DNA from: an uncultured delta proteobacterium
GTDB lineage: Bacteria; Desulfobacterota; RBG-13-43-22
Direction: 5' to 3'
Length of the DNA: 64,000 bases
Assembly: GCA_963711835.1 (NCBI GenBank)
Contig: CAVQFQ010000012.1
Coordinates: forward strand, 1 to 64,000
Positions 18,995-32,700 of the stretch are shown in pieces. A model generated the notes under the pieces. It made no database searches. It saw nothing but the letters and a program-made list of their open reading frames with translations, and was not told the origin of the DNA. The first letter of the stretch is position 1; each line of letters begins with the position of its first letter. A program made the position numbers and the translations under genes.

Positions 18995-19534
18995 TCAATT
19001 CCGGAAGGGCAGGCCCATGGCCTTGAGCAGGAAACGCCCCTCTTCATCGGTCTTGGCCGTGGTTTGAATCGTAATATTCAGACCTTTAACCTTATCAATC
19101 TTGTCATAATTGATCTCCGGGAAAATGATTTGTTCCCGAATGCCCAGGGTATAATTCCCCCGGCCGTCAAAAGACTTGGCCGAGATCCCCCGGAAATCCC
19201 GGACCCGCGGCAGGGTAATGTGAACCAGCTTCTCAAAAAAGTCATACATCCGGTCCCGCCGCAAGGTCACCATGCAGCCGATGGGCATATTTTCGCGCAG
19301 CTTAAAGGAGGCGATCGACTTTTTGGCCCGGGTAATGACCGGCCGCTGGCCGGCAATGAGGGCTAATTCTTCCACTGCAGTGTCTAAGAGCTTGATATTC
19401 TGAATGGCCTCTCCCAATCCGATGTTCAGCACGATTTTCTGCAATTTGGGGGCTTCCATGATATTGCGGTAATTGAATTCCTTCATCAGTAAGGGTCTGA
19501 TTTCCTCGACATAAAGGGTTTTTAATCGCGACAT
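18995..19534 (-). CDS. rplE: 50S ribosomal protein L5 (start corrected)
   Basis: MSRLK...LPRVRDFRG...FDGRGNY. Confidence 0.98.
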   Translation of the reverse strand: MSRLKTLYVEEIRPLLMKEFNYRNIMEAPKLQKIVLNIGLGEAIQNIKLLDTAVEELALIAGQRPVITRAKKSIASFKLRENMPIGCMVTLRRDRMYDFFEKLVHITLPRVRDFRGISAKSFDGRGNYTLGIREQIIFPEINYDKIDKVKGLNITIQTTAKTDEEGRFLLKAMGLPFRN

Positions 19535-19556
19535 GCCTTGCTTCATCCTTTCCGGG

Positions 19557-19886
19557 CTATTTCGTTTCCAGAATTTCCCCGCATTTTTTACAAACCCGTA
19601 CCCGTTGGCCGTCGTCCAAGAGGCGGGTTCCCACCCGAACCGGATCGGTACACTTGCCGCAAATGAGCATAACGTTGGATCCATGAAGCGGGGCCTCTTT
19701 TTCGATAATACCCCCCTTGCTGACTTTCCCCCCTGGACGCGTGTGCCGTTTAATATAATTGACTTTCTCCACGATCACCCGGTTCTTTTCCGGGAAGACT
19801 TTGAGAATTTTCCCGACCTTTCCCTTTTCCTTGCCGGAAATGACCATGACCTTGTCGTTTTTCTTAAGTGTGATCTTAGAGCTCAT
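19557..19886 (-). CDS. rplX: 50S ribosomal protein L24
   Basis: [11 protein letters not shown]; EAPLHGSNV. Confidence 0.98.
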   Translation of the reverse strand: MSSKITLKKNDKVMVISGKEKGKVGKILKVFPEKNRVIVEKVNYIKRHTRPGGKVSKGGIIEKEAPLHGSNVMLICGKCTDPVRVGTRLLDDGQRVRVCKKCGEILETK

Positions 19887-19919
19887 TATGAAAGGTTCCT
19901 TTACCCGTCCTTCAATCGA

Positions 19920-20288
19920 CTAAAGCACCTCGGGCGCCAGCGAAATGATTTTCATAAAATTTTTCGCCCGCAGTTCCCGGGCTACCGGGCCGAAAATGCG
20001 GGTTCCCACCGGTTCTCGCTGTGGGTTGATCAAAACCGCCGAATTGTCGTCAAATTTAATATAGGACCCATCCGGCCGGGAAATCTCCTTTTTGGTCCGG
20101 ACCACCACGGCCTTCATGACATCCCCTTTTTTAACCTTGGCATTGGGGATGGCCTCCTTGACCGAAACCACAATAATATCTCCCACCCCGGCATAGCGCC
20201 GCCTGGTTCCCCCCAGGACCCGGATGCAGAAAAGCTTTTTAGCTCCGGAATTATCGGCCACGTCTAATTTGGTTTGTGTTTGTATCAT
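19920..20288 (-). CDS. rplN: 50S ribosomal protein L14
   Basis: ADNSGAK; [12 protein letters not shown]. Confidence 0.99.
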   Translation of the reverse strand: MIQTQTKLDVADNSGAKKLFCIRVLGGTRRRYAGVGDIIVVSVKEAIPNAKVKKGDVMKAVVVRTKKEISRPDGSYIKFDDNSAVLINPQREPVGTRIFGPVARELRAKNFMKIISLAPEVL

Positions 20289-20316
20289 AAGGGATCCACT
20301 CCACTTAATTACTTAA

Positions 20317-20574
20317 TTACTGCTTTTTTTCGATGATCTTAGTGACTTTGAATCGTTTCCCTTTACTTAAAGGACGCGTTTGGGTCAGGAGTACCCGATC
20401 CCCCACCTGGCATTGGTTCCCTTCGTCATGGGCCATAAATTTGGCTTTGCGGCGGACATATTTTTTATACATGGCATGCCGCACCAGACGTTCAACCGAT
20501 ACCACCACGGTCTTCTCCATTTTATTACTGACTACGATTCCGGTTAAGGTCTTTTGTGTGCCTCGTGTTTCCAT
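20317..20574 (-). CDS. rpsQ: 30S ribosomal protein S17
   Basis: [14 protein letters not shown]; RPLSK. Confidence 0.98.
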   Translation of the reverse strand: METRGTQKTLTGIVVSNKMEKTVVVSVERLVRHAMYKKYVRRKAKFMAHDEGNQCQVGDRVLLTQTRPLSKGKRFKVTKIIEKKQ

Positions 20575-20577
20575 CGC

Positions 20578-20790
20578 TTACGCCCCTTCGGTCTTATCTC
20601 GCTGCAAACTTTTTTCGCGGATTGCGGTTTTGATGCGGGCCAAATCCTTCCTGGAGGCCGGGATGCGCATGGTATTTTCCAGAAGCCCGGTGGCATGTTG
20701 AAACTTAAAATTAAAAAGGGTCTCCTGCATCTCCTGTTCTTTGGACCGCAATTCCTCCAGTGTCAACTCTTTCAGTTCTTTGGCTTTCAC
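20578..20790 (-). CDS. rpmC: 50S ribosomal protein L29
   Basis: MKAKELK...RKDLARIKT. Confidence 0.96.
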   Translation of the reverse strand: MKAKELKELTLEELRSKEQEMQETLFNFKFQHATGLLENTMRIPASRKDLARIKTAIREKSLQRDKTEGA

Positions 20791-21200
20791 AGCATGCTCC
20801 TCACCATGATTTTCGTCCGCAGCGGAAGCTTATGGGCCGCCAACCGCAAGGCCTCATGGGCGACTTCCTTGGTAACCCCTTCCATTTCATAAATAATCCG
20901 TCCGGGTCGAATGACCGCCACCCAGCCTTCGGGGGCCCCTTTCCCTTTTCCCATCCGGGTTTCCGCCGGCTTTTTGGTAAAGGGTTTATCGGGAAAAATC
21001 CGGATCCAGATTTTTCCTCCCCGTTTAATGGACCGGGTCATGGCAATTCGGGCCGCTTCAATCTGCTGGGCCGTCAACCGGCCGCATTCCAGGGCCTGCA
21101 GGCCGTAATCCCCGAATTCCAGATCGGAACCCCGGTAGGCCAATCCCCGCATCCTGCCTTTTTGCTGCTTGCGATACTTTACCTTTTTTGGACTGAGCAT
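20787..21200 (-). CDS. rplP: 50S ribosomal protein L16
   Basis: [12 protein letters not shown]; ETRMGKGKG. Confidence 0.99.
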   Translation of the reverse strand: MLSPKKVKYRKQQKGRMRGLAYRGSDLEFGDYGLQALECGRLTAQQIEAARIAMTRSIKRGGKIWIRIFPDKPFTKKPAETRMGKGKGAPEGWVAVIRPGRIIYEMEGVTKEVAHEALRLAAHKLPLRTKIMVRSML

Positions 21201-21216
21201 GGTCTTTAACCCTCAA

Positions 21217-21864
21217 TTAGGGAGCCGGAATTTCCCGTTCCGGAATCTTTTCTCCCTTGAATATAATCACCTTGACCCCGATGATGCCGTAGGTGGTGGC
21301 GGCTTCCGCAAAGCCGTAGTCGATCACGGCCCGCAGGGTATGGAGGGGAACCCGTCCTTCCCGATACCATTCCGACCGGGCCATCTCCGCACCCCCCAAC
21401 CGGCCGGCGCAGTGGATTTTGATGCCCTTGACCCCGAATTTCCGCGAGGAGCTGACCGCTTTTTTCATGGCCCTTCGGAAGGCCACCCGCCGTTCCAACT
21501 GGGAGGCGACATTTTCGGCCACCAACTGGGCCTCGGTCTCCGGTTTACGGACCTCCTGGATATCCAGGATGACCTCGCGATGGATCCTTTTTTCCAGCTC
21601 TTTTTTCAGACTTTCGATCTGGGCCCCTTTTTTACCGATCACAATCCCCGGCCGGGCCGTAAAAATAAGGATTTTGGCCTTATTGGCGGCTCGTTCAATC
21701 TCAATCCGGGCAATACCGGCCTCGTACAATTTCCCCTTTAAGAACGTTCGGATTTCTTTATCCTCTTGCAGGAAATGCGCGAACTCCTTAGTGGCAAACC
21801 ACCTGGAATTCCAATCCTTGTTGACTACCAGTCGAAACCCTTTCGGATGTACCTTTTGTCCCAA
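21217..21864 (-). CDS. rpsC: 30S ribosomal protein S3
   Basis: MGQKVHP; [10 protein letters not shown]. Confidence 0.99.
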   Translation of the reverse strand: MGQKVHPKGFRLVVNKDWNSRWFATKEFAHFLQEDKEIRTFLKGKLYEAGIARIEIERAANKAKILIFTARPGIVIGKKGAQIESLKKELEKRIHREVILDIQEVRKPETEAQLVAENVASQLERRVAFRRAMKKAVSSSRKFGVKGIKIHCAGRLGGAEMARSEWYREGRVPLHTLRAVIDYGFAEAATTYGIIGVKVIIFKGEKIPEREIPAP

Positions 21865-21874
21865 ACCGTCCTCC

Positions 21875-22210
21875 TTATTTCTTCGCTTCGTCTAAAAAAA
21901 TGGTGATATGGCTGGTTCGTTTCAAAATGGGGGTGGCCCGACCCATGGCCCGAGGCATAAACCTTTTCAAGGTCGGCCCGCTGTCGATCAAGATCCTTTT
22001 CACGATCAAGGTGTCGATATCCACCTTGTTTTGCTGGGCGTTGGCCACGGCCGAGTGCAGGACTTTCTTCAGGATGCGGGCCCCTTTTCTGGGGATGAAC
22101 TGCAGCAGCGACAGGGCCTCCTCCACCTTCCGGCCTTTAATGCTGGGGATGATCACCTGAACTTTTCGAGGCGCGATCCGAATATATTTTGCCTGGGCCT
22201 TGGTTTCCAT
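21875..22210 (-). CDS. rplV: 50S ribosomal protein L22
   Basis: PRAMGRA...KRTSHITI. Confidence 0.99.
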   Translation of the reverse strand: METKAQAKYIRIAPRKVQVIIPSIKGRKVEEALSLLQFIPRKGARILKKVLHSAVANAQQNKVDIDTLIVKRILIDSGPTLKRFMPRAMGRATPILKRTSHITIFLDEAKK

Positions 22211-22224
22211 GGACTCCTCTTTTC

Positions 22225-22515
22225 CTATTTGGTCTTCCCTTTAACTTGACTCTTTCGGTCACCGGCGTGGGAATAAAAGGTCCGGGTGGGAGAGAATTCT
22301 CCCAGCTTGTGCCCGACCATGTTTTCGGTCACAAAGACCGGAATGAATTTTTTCCCGTTATGAACGGCGAAGGTCAGCCCCACAAATTCCGGCAAGACCA
22401 TGGAACGACGGGACCAGGTCTTGATTACCTTACGGCTTTTCACTTCCTGGGCCTCCTGGGCCTTCTTCAATAAGTGGTTATCCACAAAAGGTCCTTTTTT
22501 TAATGAACGTGCCAC
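22225..22515 (-). CDS. rpsS: 30S ribosomal protein S19
   Basis: RSLKKGPF; GHKLGEF. Confidence 0.99.
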   Translation of the reverse strand: MARSLKKGPFVDNHLLKKAQEAQEVKSRKVIKTWSRRSMVLPEFVGLTFAVHNGKKFIPVFVTENMVGHKLGEFSPTRTFYSHAGDRKSQVKGKTK

Positions 22516-22547
22516 AAATACCCCCTATCTGCGCTCGAACTAGCCCC

Positions 22548-23372
22548 TTAGGACTTTCTTCTTTTTAGAATCAACCGATCCCCCGGTTTGGCTTTCCGGG
22601 TCTTATAGCCTTTGGTAGGTACACCCCAGGGCGTCACCGGATGCCGGCCTCCCGAGGACTTTCCTTCGCCGCCGCCGTGGGGATGGTCAACCGGGTTCAT
22701 GGCCACCCCTCTGACCCGGGGCCGTATTCCCAGCCAGCGGCTTCGGCCGGCCTTGCCGATAGTGATATTTTCATGTTCCAGGTTGCCGCATTGTCCGATG
22801 GTGGCCTGGCAGGTTAAGAGGACTTTGCGAACCTCACCGGAGGGCAGCTTGATCTGAGCGTATTTGCCTTCTTTGGCCATCAACTGGGCATAGGTTCCGG
22901 CGCTCCGGGCCAACTGCCCGCCGCAGCCCGGCTTCAATTCGATGTTGTGAATAGTGGTCCCCAAAGGGATCTGAACGATCGGCAGACAATTGCCCGGCTT
23001 GATGTCGGCCCGGGCGCTGCTGATGATCCGATCGCCCACTTTCAGGTGATTCGGGGCGATGATGTACCGTTTTTCCCCGTCGGCATAGTGCAGTAAGGCG
23101 ATGCGGGTGGAACGGTTGGGATCGTATTCAATCTGGGCCACTTTGGCCGGAATATCGGTTTTATCCCTTTTGAAATCAATGATCCGGAACAGGCGTTTGT
23201 GGCCTCCTCCGCGATGACGGCTGGTAATCCGGCCGTAATTGTTCCGCCCCCCGGTTCGAGGCAACGACTCCACCAAGGGCCGCAAAGGCTTTTGGGTCGT
23301 GATTTCCTCAAAGGTCGTAAAGGTCTGAAAACGTCTTCCGGCTGAGGTGGGGGTACATGTTTTAATCGTCAT
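22548..23372 (-). CDS. rplB: 50S ribosomal protein L2
   Basis: IEYDPNRS; [13 protein letters not shown]. Confidence 0.99.
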   Translation of the reverse strand: MTIKTCTPTSAGRRFQTFTTFEEITTQKPLRPLVESLPRTGGRNNYGRITSRHRGGGHKRLFRIIDFKRDKTDIPAKVAQIEYDPNRSTRIALLHYADGEKRYIIAPNHLKVGDRIISSARADIKPGNCLPIVQIPLGTTIHNIELKPGCGGQLARSAGTYAQLMAKEGKYAQIKLPSGEVRKVLLTCQATIGQCGNLEHENITIGKAGRSRWLGIRPRVRGVAMNPVDHPHGGGEGKSSGGRHPVTPWGVPTKGYKTRKAKPGDRLILKRRKS

Positions 23373-23408
23373 TATTTTTCTCCCTTATCCGGTCCTCTCC
23401 AGGCCTGG

Positions 23409-23690
23409 TTAGAGATTTTCGATCACTTCTCCCGGAGCTAAACGAACCAGGGCCTTTTTCCAATCCGCGGTCTGGCCCTTATTTTTTCCGACCCGCTTCT
23501 CCTTGCCTGCCATTTGCAGCAGGTTTACCCGCAGCACCTTGACTTTAAAAAGGTTCTGAACGGCCTGCTTCACCTCGGAGCGGTTGGCCCGGCGGTCCAC
23601 TTCAAAAGCCAGCTCATTAAAGGCTTCCTTTTTGCGGGTGCTTTTTTCGGTCAGCAAGGGCTTTTTGATGATCTGGTAAATATCCTTCAT
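23409..23690 (-). CDS. rplW: 50S ribosomal protein L23
   Basis: PLLTEKS; WKKALVRL. Confidence 0.97.
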   Translation of the reverse strand: MKDIYQIIKKPLLTEKSTRKKEAFNELAFEVDRRANRSEVKQAVQNLFKVKVLRVNLLQMAGKEKRVGKNKGQTADWKKALVRLAPGEVIENL

Positions 23691-24310
23691 CGGCTCAAGG
23701 CCTCCTCAATGATCGGGATAGCGGGCTTCAAGAGGACCAGGTGGTCGTATTTCAGGATATCGTAGGTATTCATCCCTTCGGCCCGCAAGACCTTCACGCC
23801 CTTTATATTCCGGGCTGATTTTTCCAGGTTTTCGTTCCCCTGATCGGTCAGGATCAGGGCCTTTTTCAAGGCCAACCGATCCATCACCTGGCGAAAGGGC
23901 TTGGTCTTTATGGCCTCCAGGTTGAAGTGTTCCAGGATCATTAGGTGTCGGCTTTGGTGTTTGGAGGATAAGGCCATTTTGAGGGCCAGTTTCCTGACCT
24001 TTTTGTTGACCTTTAATCCATAGTCCCGGGGTCGGGGTCCGAAGACCACGCCGCCCTTACGCATTAAGGGGGAACTCCGGGTCCCGGCCCTGGCTCGACC
24101 GGTCCCTTTCTGGCGAAAAGGCTTTCTCCCTCCCCCCCGGACCTCGGATCGATCCTTGGTCGAAGAGGTTCCCGACCTTTGATTGGTCAGCAGGGCGACG
24201 ATGACCTGGTGCAGTATATGGGGGTTAACCTCCCGGTCGAAGATCTCGTCCTTTAAAGCCAGTTCATCCACCTTTTCTCCGGAGAGGTTATAGACATCTA
24301 CCGTGGGCAT
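23687..24310 (-). CDS. rplD: 50S ribosomal protein L4
   Basis: [14 protein letters not shown]. Confidence 0.99.
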   Translation of the reverse strand: MPTVDVYNLSGEKVDELALKDEIFDREVNPHILHQVIVALLTNQRSGTSSTKDRSEVRGGGRKPFRQKGTGRARAGTRSSPLMRKGGVVFGPRPRDYGLKVNKKVRKLALKMALSSKHQSRHLMILEHFNLEAIKTKPFRQVMDRLALKKALILTDQGNENLEKSARNIKGVKVLRAEGMNTYDILKYDHLVLLKPAIPIIEEALSR

Positions 24311-24400
24311 ACCTTTATCCTCAACTTGCCAAAAATAATTTCAATGCCTGCTTCCCTGAGCCAACCCGAACCTGTTAGGCCTGGTGGCCAGTCCGTCTCA

Positions 24401-25018
24401 TTACTGTTTAAAAATAGCCAATAGATTATTGCGGCTTCCCGGCACGCCTCCCTTTAAAATCAGGAGGTTTTCTTCCGGCCGGATATCGACCACGGACAGG
24501 TTGCGGACCGTTACCCGCCGGTTTCCCATTTGCCCGGGCATCTTCTTGCCTTTGATAACCCGGGAAGGGTAGGCACTGGCCCCGATGGAACCGGGGACGC
24601 GGTGCGAGGTGCAGCCATGGGTAGCAGGTCCGCCCGCAAACCCCCAGCGCTTGACCACGCCGGCAAACCCCTTGCCCTTGCTGGTTCCCTGGACCTTGAC
24701 CTTTTCGCCGATCGTGAAAATATCAACCCGGATTTCCTCCCCGACCTGATACGTTTTTTCAGGGCCGGCCAAAAATTCCTTGAGATGGGCTAAAGGGACT
24801 AGGCCGTTTTTTTTAAAATGGCCCTGAAGCGGTTTGGTCATGGATTTGGGTTTGGTCTCTAAAAAACCCAGTTGGTAGGCCGAACCTTCCTGCGGGCCGG
24901 TCTTTTTCTGAACCACCAGGCAGGGCCCGGCCTGTATCACGGTAACGGATACCGCCTTCCCTTCCTCCAAAAACATGCGGGTCATCCCGATCTTCTTGCC
25001 TAATATCCCCTGCATCAT
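24401..25018 (-). CDS. rplC: 50S ribosomal protein L3
   Basis: GKKIGMT; SKGKGFAGVVKRW. Confidence 0.99.
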   Translation of the reverse strand: MMQGILGKKIGMTRMFLEEGKAVSVTVIQAGPCLVVQKKTGPQEGSAYQLGFLETKPKSMTKPLQGHFKKNGLVPLAHLKEFLAGPEKTYQVGEEIRVDIFTIGEKVKVQGTSKGKGFAGVVKRWGFAGGPATHGCTSHRVPGSIGASAYPSRVIKGKKMPGQMGNRRVTVRNLSVVDIRPEENLLILKGGVPGSRNNLLAIFKQ

Positions 25019-25048
25019 GATCTGTCCTCTAATCTCCCCATTAATTTC

Positions 25049-25360
25049 CTATAACTTTATTTCCACATCCACTCCGGCCGAAAGATCCAGCTTCATCAAG
25101 GCATCCACCGTGGCCTGCGTGGGTTCCAGGATATCCAGCAGGCGCTTATGGGTCCGAATCTCAAACTGCTCCCTGGATTTCTTGTCCACATGGGGCGATC
25201 GCAAGACACAGAACTTCTGTATGGTCGTCGGCAGGGGAATCGGTCCGGCCACCCGGGCTCCGGTGCGGCGGGCGGTTTCGACAATTTCGACGGCCGATTG
25301 GTCCAATAGTTTATGGTCGAAGGCTTTAAGTTGGATCCTTATTTTTTGGCTGGTCATCAT
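25049..25360 (-). CDS. rpsJ: 30S ribosomal protein S10
   Basis: GPIPLPT; [14 protein letters not shown]. Confidence 0.99.
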   Translation of the reverse strand: MMTSQKIRIQLKAFDHKLLDQSAVEIVETARRTGARVAGPIPLPTTIQKFCVLRSPHVDKKSREQFEIRTHKRLLDILEPTQATVDALMKLDLSAGVDVEIKL

Positions 25361-25381
25361 AAAATGGTCCCCTGGTCTCCT

Positions 25382-26584
<1,203 letters not shown>

Positions 26585-26649
26585 AGCCTCCCATGGTTTT
26601 GAAAGATCCTGATAGAACCCCGATTTTCACGCCCCCGGAGTTTCCAGGA

Positions 26650-28725
26650 TTATTTTTTCCTTTCTTTCATCAGGGTTTCAAAAATGGATTGAGGAACCTT
26701 TTGATAGTGGGAGAATTGCAGGGTAAAAGTAGCCCGGCCTTGGGTCAGCGAGCGCACCCCGGTGGCATAGCCGAAGATCTCGGCCATAGGCGCCTGGCTC
26801 TGGACAATGCGGGCTTGGCCTCGGCTATCCAGACCCAGGATCTTGCCTCTCCGGGCGTTCAGATCCCCGATGACTTCTCCGACAAATTCCTCCGGGGTAA
26901 CCACCTCCACGGCCATAATCGGTTCCAATAACACCGGTTGGGCCTTACCGGCCGCGGCTTTAAACCCGATCGACCCGGCAAAATGGAAAGCCCGCTCCGA
27001 CGAATCCACGTCATGATACGATCCGTCCACCAACCGCACGCCCACATCCACCATCGGATACCCGGCCAGGATGCCGCCCCCCAGGGCTTCACGAACCCCT
27101 TTTTCCACGGCCGGGATGTACTCCTTGGGAATAACCCCGCCCACGATCCGGTCTTCGAAGAGAAAACCCTGGCCCGACTCCTGGGGATAAATTTCCAGCC
27201 AAACATGGCCGTATTGGCCCCGTCCGCCGCTCTGCCGGATATACTTGCCCTCGGCCCTGACGGGCTGGGTAATGGTTTCCTTATAAGCCACCTGCGGTTT
27301 TCCGATGTGGGCTTCGACTTTGAATTCCCGGACCAGCCGGTCCACAATGATCTCCAGATGCAATTCCCCCATGCCGGAGAGGATGGTCTGGCCGGTCTCC
27401 TGGTCGGTGTGGACCTGGAAGGAAGGATCCTCCTGGGATATCCGCTGCAGGGACAGCCCCAATTTGTCCAAATCGGCCTTGCTTTTCGGTTCCACGGCAA
27501 TGGAAATCACCGGAACGGGAATCTCCAGCGACTCCAAAAGAATGGGAGACTGAGGATCGCTGAGGGTATCGCCGGTGGTGGTATTCTTTAACCCCACTAC
27601 GGCCACGATATCACCGGCCTGCATGACTTTAACTTCTTCCCGCTGGTTGGCATGCATTTTTAAAAGGCGGCCGATTTTCTCTTTTCTCCCTTTATTGACA
27701 TTGATAACCGCTTCTCCCGAAGCCAGGTGTCCGGAATAAACCCGCAGGAAGGTCAGATGCCCCACATAGGGATCGGACATCAATTTGAAAGCCAGAGCGG
27801 TAAACGGTCCGTCCACATCGGCCCGGCGTTCCTCCAGGTCGCCCTGGGGTCCCTTGCCTTGAATGGGAGGAATATCGACCGGGGCCGGAAGATATTGGAT
27901 GATGGCGTCCAGGAGAGGCTGGACGCCTTTATTCTTAAAGGCCGAACCGCACAGGACGGGCACCAGCTTCTGTTCCAGGGTAGCCCGGCGCAGCCCCTGG
28001 AGGAGGTCTTCTACGGCGATCTCTTTCCCTTCCAGGTACTGCTCCATGAGGCCGTCATCGGTTTCGGCCACGGCTTCGATTAATTTCTGCCGCTGTTCTT
28101 CCACGGTGGCCGTGAGGTCCTCGGGAATCGCTTCCAGCACCATCTGGCGGCCCAGCGACGTTTCCTCAAAAGAGAAGGCCTGGCGGGTCATCAGATCAAT
28201 GATTCCCTTGAAGTTTTCCGCCCGGCCCATGGGCCACTGAATCAGGACCGGATGGGCTCCCAGGCGCTCTTCCATCATCGTCAGGCAGCGTTCATGATCG
28301 GCCCCGGTGCGGTCCATCTTATTGATAAAAGCCAGGCGCGGGATACGGTAATGGTCGGCCTGTCTCCAGACCGTCTCGGATTGGGGTTCCACCCCGGCCA
28401 CGGCATCGAAAACCGCAATCGCCCCGTCCAGCACCCGAAGGGAACGCTCGACCTCCATGGTGAAATCCACATGCCCGGGCGTGTCGATGATATTGATTCG
28501 GTGTCCTTTCCAGAAACAGGTGGTCGCCGCCGAAGTAATGGTTATCCCCCGCTCCTGCTCCTGTTCCATCCAGTCCATAACCGCCGAGCCTTCGTGTACC
28601 TCTCCCATTTTATAGGAGACCCCGGAATAATAGAGAATCCTCTCGGTCGTAGTGGTCTTACCGGCATCAATATGCGCCATAATCCCTATATTCCGAATCT
28701 TGGCTATGGAAATTTTTTCTGGCAA
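26650..28725 (-). CDS. fusA: Elongation factor G
   Basis: [22 protein letters not shown]; lies between rpsG and tuf. Confidence 0.97.
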   Translation of the reverse strand: MPEKISIAKIRNIGIMAHIDAGKTTTTERILYYSGVSYKMGEVHEGSAVMDWMEQEQERGITITSAATTCFWKGHRINIIDTPGHVDFTMEVERSLRVLDGAIAVFDAVAGVEPQSETVWRQADHYRIPRLAFINKMDRTGADHERCLTMMEERLGAHPVLIQWPMGRAENFKGIIDLMTRQAFSFEETSLGRQMVLEAIPEDLTATVEEQRQKLIEAVAETDDGLMEQYLEGKEIAVEDLLQGLRRATLEQKLVPVLCGSAFKNKGVQPLLDAIIQYLPAPVDIPPIQGKGPQGDLEERRADVDGPFTALAFKLMSDPYVGHLTFLRVYSGHLASGEAVINVNKGRKEKIGRLLKMHANQREEVKVMQAGDIVAVVGLKNTTTGDTLSDPQSPILLESLEIPVPVISIAVEPKSKADLDKLGLSLQRISQEDPSFQVHTDQETGQTILSGMGELHLEIIVDRLVREFKVEAHIGKPQVAYKETITQPVRAEGKYIRQSGGRGQYGHVWLEIYPQESGQGFLFEDRIVGGVIPKEYIPAVEKGVREALGGGILAGYPMVDVGVRLVDGSYHDVDSSERAFHFAGSIGFKAAAGKAQPVLLEPIMAVEVVTPEEFVGEVIGDLNARRGKILGLDSRGQARIVQSQAPMAEIFGYATGVRSLTQGRATFTLQFSHYQKVPQSIFETLMKERKK

Positions 28726-28767
28726 CGAACAGCTCCGTTCTTAAGCGCGGTCGAAGCACCATAACCC

Positions 28768-29238
28768 CTACCAGCGGTAATGGGCAAAGGCCTTGTTGGC
28801 CTCGGCCATCTTATGGGTATCTTCCTTCTTTTTAATGGCCGCCCCGCGATTATGGGCGGCGTCCAGCAATTCCCCGGCCAGCTTGGCTTCCATGGTTTTC
28901 TCGGATCTGCCTTTGGCGTAATTGATGATCCAGCGGATACTCAGGGAAAGCCGGCGATTGGAGCGCACTTCCACCGGCACCTGATAAGTCGAGCCCCCCA
29001 CGCGCCGGGATTTGACCTCGATGACCGGCTTGACGTTGTCCAGGGCTTTTTCAAAGAGCTTGAGGGGATCCTCGTCGCCCTTCTTCCCCATCACTTTCAA
29101 GGCCCGGTACAAAATGGACTCGGCCGTGCTTTTCTTCCCCTGGCGCATCAGGGAATTAATAAATTTGGCCGCCAACAGACTTTGGTATTTGGGATCCGGC
29201 AGAATTTCCCGGTGGATCGCTTCTCGTTTCCTTGCCAT
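28768..29238 (-). CDS. rpsG: 30S ribosomal protein S7 (start corrected)
   Basis: [11 protein letters not shown]; [12 protein letters not shown]. Confidence 0.99.
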   Translation of the reverse strand: MARKREAIHREILPDPKYQSLLAAKFINSLMRQGKKSTAESILYRALKVMGKKGDEDPLKLFEKALDNVKPVIEVKSRRVGGSTYQVPVEVRSNRRLSLSIRWIINYAKGRSEKTMEAKLAGELLDAAHNRGAAIKKKEDTHKMAEANKAFAHYRW

Positions 29239-29322
29239 GCTGACCTCGTATTGTCGGTTTCTTCTCTTTAAAAGCCCGGCCAAACGACCCCTTTCCCGCG
29301 GAAGGGGAGTTCCGGGCCTCGG

Positions 29323-29694
29323 TTACTTGGGCCGCTTGGCCCCGTATTTGGAGCGACTGTTTTTCCGGTCGGCCACCCCCACCGAATCCAGGGTGCCCCG
29401 GATAATATGATAGCGGACTCCGGGCAGGTCCTTGACCCGCCCGCCCCGGATCAGGACCACGGAGTGTTCCTGCAGATTGTGGCCCACACCCGGGATGTAG
29501 GTGGTCACTTCCATGCCGTTGGTCAAGCGCACCCGGGCCACTTTACGAAGGGCCGAATTCGGCTTTTTAGGGGTGGAGGTATAGACCCGGATACAGACGC
29601 CTCTCTTTTGAGGGCTGCCCTTTAAAGCCGGTGCGGTATTCTTGGGTTTTACCTTTTCCCGGCCCTGGCGTATCAATTGATTAATCGTGGCCAT
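29323..29694 (-). CDS. rpsL: 30S ribosomal protein S12
   Basis: [11 protein letters not shown]; RVKDLPG. Confidence 0.99.
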   Translation of the reverse strand: MATINQLIRQGREKVKPKNTAPALKGSPQKRGVCIRVYTSTPKKPNSALRKVARVRLTNGMEVTTYIPGVGHNLQEHSVVLIRGGRVKDLPGVRYHIIRGTLDSVGVADRKNSRSKYGAKRPK

Positions 29695-29744
29695 GCGTTT
29701 TAATTTTTCTCCTTCGTAAGTTTGGCTGAAAATTAAAAATTCAA

Positions 29745-29774
29745 ATTATTACTATTATTTTCTTTAATTGTCAA
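29745..29774 (-). promoter_or_regulatory. Possible sigma70 promoter for the str operon, overlapping the rpoC 3' end
   Basis: TTGACA (29769-29774), 18 nt, then AATAAT, in an AT-rich gap before rpsL. Confidence 0.5.
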
Positions 29775-32700
29775 GTCTTTTTTCAGTTTCCTCACCGGCG
29801 GAAGACAAGCGAATCTGCCGGTAGGTGGCCATGCCGGAACCGGCCGGGATGAGACGCCCCATGATGACGTTCTCTTTCAATCCCTTCAGGAAGTCCTTAT
29901 CGCCGGCGATGCTGGCATCGGTCAATATCTTGGTCGTTTCCTGAAAAGAAGCGGCCGAGATAAAACTATCGGTGGACAGGGAGGCCTTGGTAATCCCCTG
30001 CAGCAACGGTTCGGCTTGGGCCGGTTTTCCGCCTTGAGCCAGGATCTCCTGGTTTTTCCCGGTAAAGGCCTGCCGGTCGATCTGATCCCCCACCAGATAA
30101 TCGGTATCCCCGGGATCCTTGATTTTAACCTTTCTCAGCATCTGGCGGACAATCACCTCGATATGTTTATCGTTGATCTTCACCCCCTGGAGCCGGTAAA
30201 CCTCCTGCACCTCGTTGACCAGGTACTTGGCCAGTTCCTTGATGCCGCTGACGCTTAAAATATCATGGGGATTGGCCGAGCCGTCCATCAAGGGCTCCCC
30301 GGCAAGGATGACATCCCCTTCCTGGACGCTGACGTGCTTGCCTTTGGGGATGAGGTATTCCTTGGCTTCCCCCATTTCAGGGGTAACGATCACCTTCCGT
30401 TTTCCCTTGGTATGTTTGCCGAAGGTAACGATCCCATCGATCTCGGTGATAACGGCATGTTCTTTCGGCTTTCGGACCTCGAACAGTTCCGCCACCCGGG
30501 GCAAACCGCCGGTAATATCCTTGGTCTTGGTGGTCTCCCGGGGAATTTTAGCCACCACATCGCCGGCTCGGATCGGGTCGCCCTCTGCGACCATAATAAT
30601 CGCCCCCACGGGCAGCAGGTAACGGGCATAAGAGTTGGTTTCGGGCAGCCGGGCCGTTTTTCCGCCTTCATCCTTGATGGAGATCCGGGGCCGGACTTCG
30701 GCGTCACGGGATTCCACAATCACCCGGCTGGATTTTCCGGTCACCACATCCCGGCGCTCTTCCATGGTTAAGCCTTCGGTAACGTCTCCGAACTTGACCC
30801 GTCCGGAAACGGCGGTAAGAATCGGTATGGTAAAGGGATCCCAGTTGGCCAGCAGGGTCCCGCTTTTGATCATTTGTTTGTCTTTGACCTTCAAAAGGGT
30901 ACCGTAGATGAGCGGGTAGCGCTCCCGTTCCCGATGCTTCTCATCCAGGATGGAGATCTGGCCGTTGCGGTTCATCACCACCAGGTCCCCCTCCTTGTTC
31001 TGAACGGTGGCTAATTGGACAAATTGAATGCGTCCTTCGGTCCTGGATTGCAGGGTCGTTTGTTCCCCACGTTTACTGGCCACACCGCCGATATGGAAGG
31101 TCCGCATGGTCAACTGGGTGCCCGGTTCACCGATGGATTGAGCGGCGATAATCCCGATGGCCTCCCCGATATTGACCTGTTTCCCATAGGCCAGATCCCG
31201 CCCGTAGCACTTGGCGCACACCCCGCGGGTGCTCTGGCAGGTCAGCACCGACCGGATCAGGACCCGTTCGATTCCGGCCTCCTCGATTTTTTCGACCGCA
31301 CTTTCATCAATCTCCGTATTGGCTTTGATCAGGACCTCATCGGTAAAAGGCTCCCGGATATCCTCCAGGGCCACCCGGCCCAAGACCCGCTCTCCCACCG
31401 GCTGGATGATCTCGCCGGCCTCCCGCAGGGATTCCACGAGCAGGCCGTCGATAGTGCCGCAATCGATTTCCCGGATGATGACATCCTGAGCCACGTCCAC
31501 CAGTCTCCGGGTCAGATAGCCGGAATTGGCGGTCTTCAGGGCCGTATCGGCCAGCCCCTTCCGGGCCCCGTGGGTGGAAATGAAATATTCCAACACGCTC
31601 AGGCCCTCCCGGAAGTTGGCCCGGATCGGGGTTTCGATGATTTCTCCGGAGGGTTTGGCCATCAAACCCCGCATGCCCGCCAACTGGCGCATCTGGTCCT
31701 TGCTTCCCCGGGCCCCGGAATCGGTCATCATGAAGATCGGGTTGAGACTCGGCACCTGCATTTCCTTCCCGTCCGGCCCGACAAAAACCTCCGTGCCCAT
31801 GACCTGCATCATTTTCTGGGCCACATCTTCACTGGCTTTGGCCCAGATATCGACCAGCTTGTTATATTTCTCCCCGTCGGTGATCAAGCCGTCGGTATAC
31901 TGCTTTTCCACCCGGCGGACTTCTTCCTCGGCCTTTTTTAGGATTTCCTTTTTCTGAGGCGGGATCTTCATATCGGAGACCGAGATGGAGATCCCGGACT
32001 GGGTGGCATAGAGATAGCCCACATCCTTCAAACGATCGGCCAGAATGACCGTCTGTTTGATCCCGGCCTTACGATAACATTCATCGATCAGCTTTCGGAT
32101 CTCCTTCTTATTCATAACCCGATTAATGCGCTCGAAGGGGATAATCGGCGGAACCACCTCGGCCATGAGAACCCGCCCGACCGTGGTCTCGACCAACCGC
32201 CCGTCCACCCGGACCCGAACCCGGGCCTGGAGATCGACGGCTTTGGCATCAAAGGCCATTCGGACCTCTTCCGGGCCGTAAAAGCATTTTCCCTCACCCC
32301 GGGCCCCGATTCGTTCCCGGGTCAGGTAGTAAAGACCGAGCACGATATCCTGGGAAGGAACAATAATCGGTTCGCCGTTGGCCGGCGAAAGGATATTGTT
32401 GGTCGACATCATTAAGACCCGGGCTTCGATCTGGGCCTGTATGGAAAGGGGCACATGGACGGCCATCTGATCGCCGTCGAAGTCGGCATTAAAAGCCGTA
32501 CAGACCAGAGGATGCAATTGAATGGCCTTGCCTTCCACCAGAATCGGTTCAAAGGCCTGGATCCCGAGACGGTGCAGGGTGGGGGCCCGATTTAATAGAA
32601 CCGGGTATTCCCGAACCACCTCATCCAGGGTATCCCAGACCTCCGGGAGTTCTTTCTCCACCATCTTTTTGGCGGTTTTGATGGTCCCGGCATACCCTTT

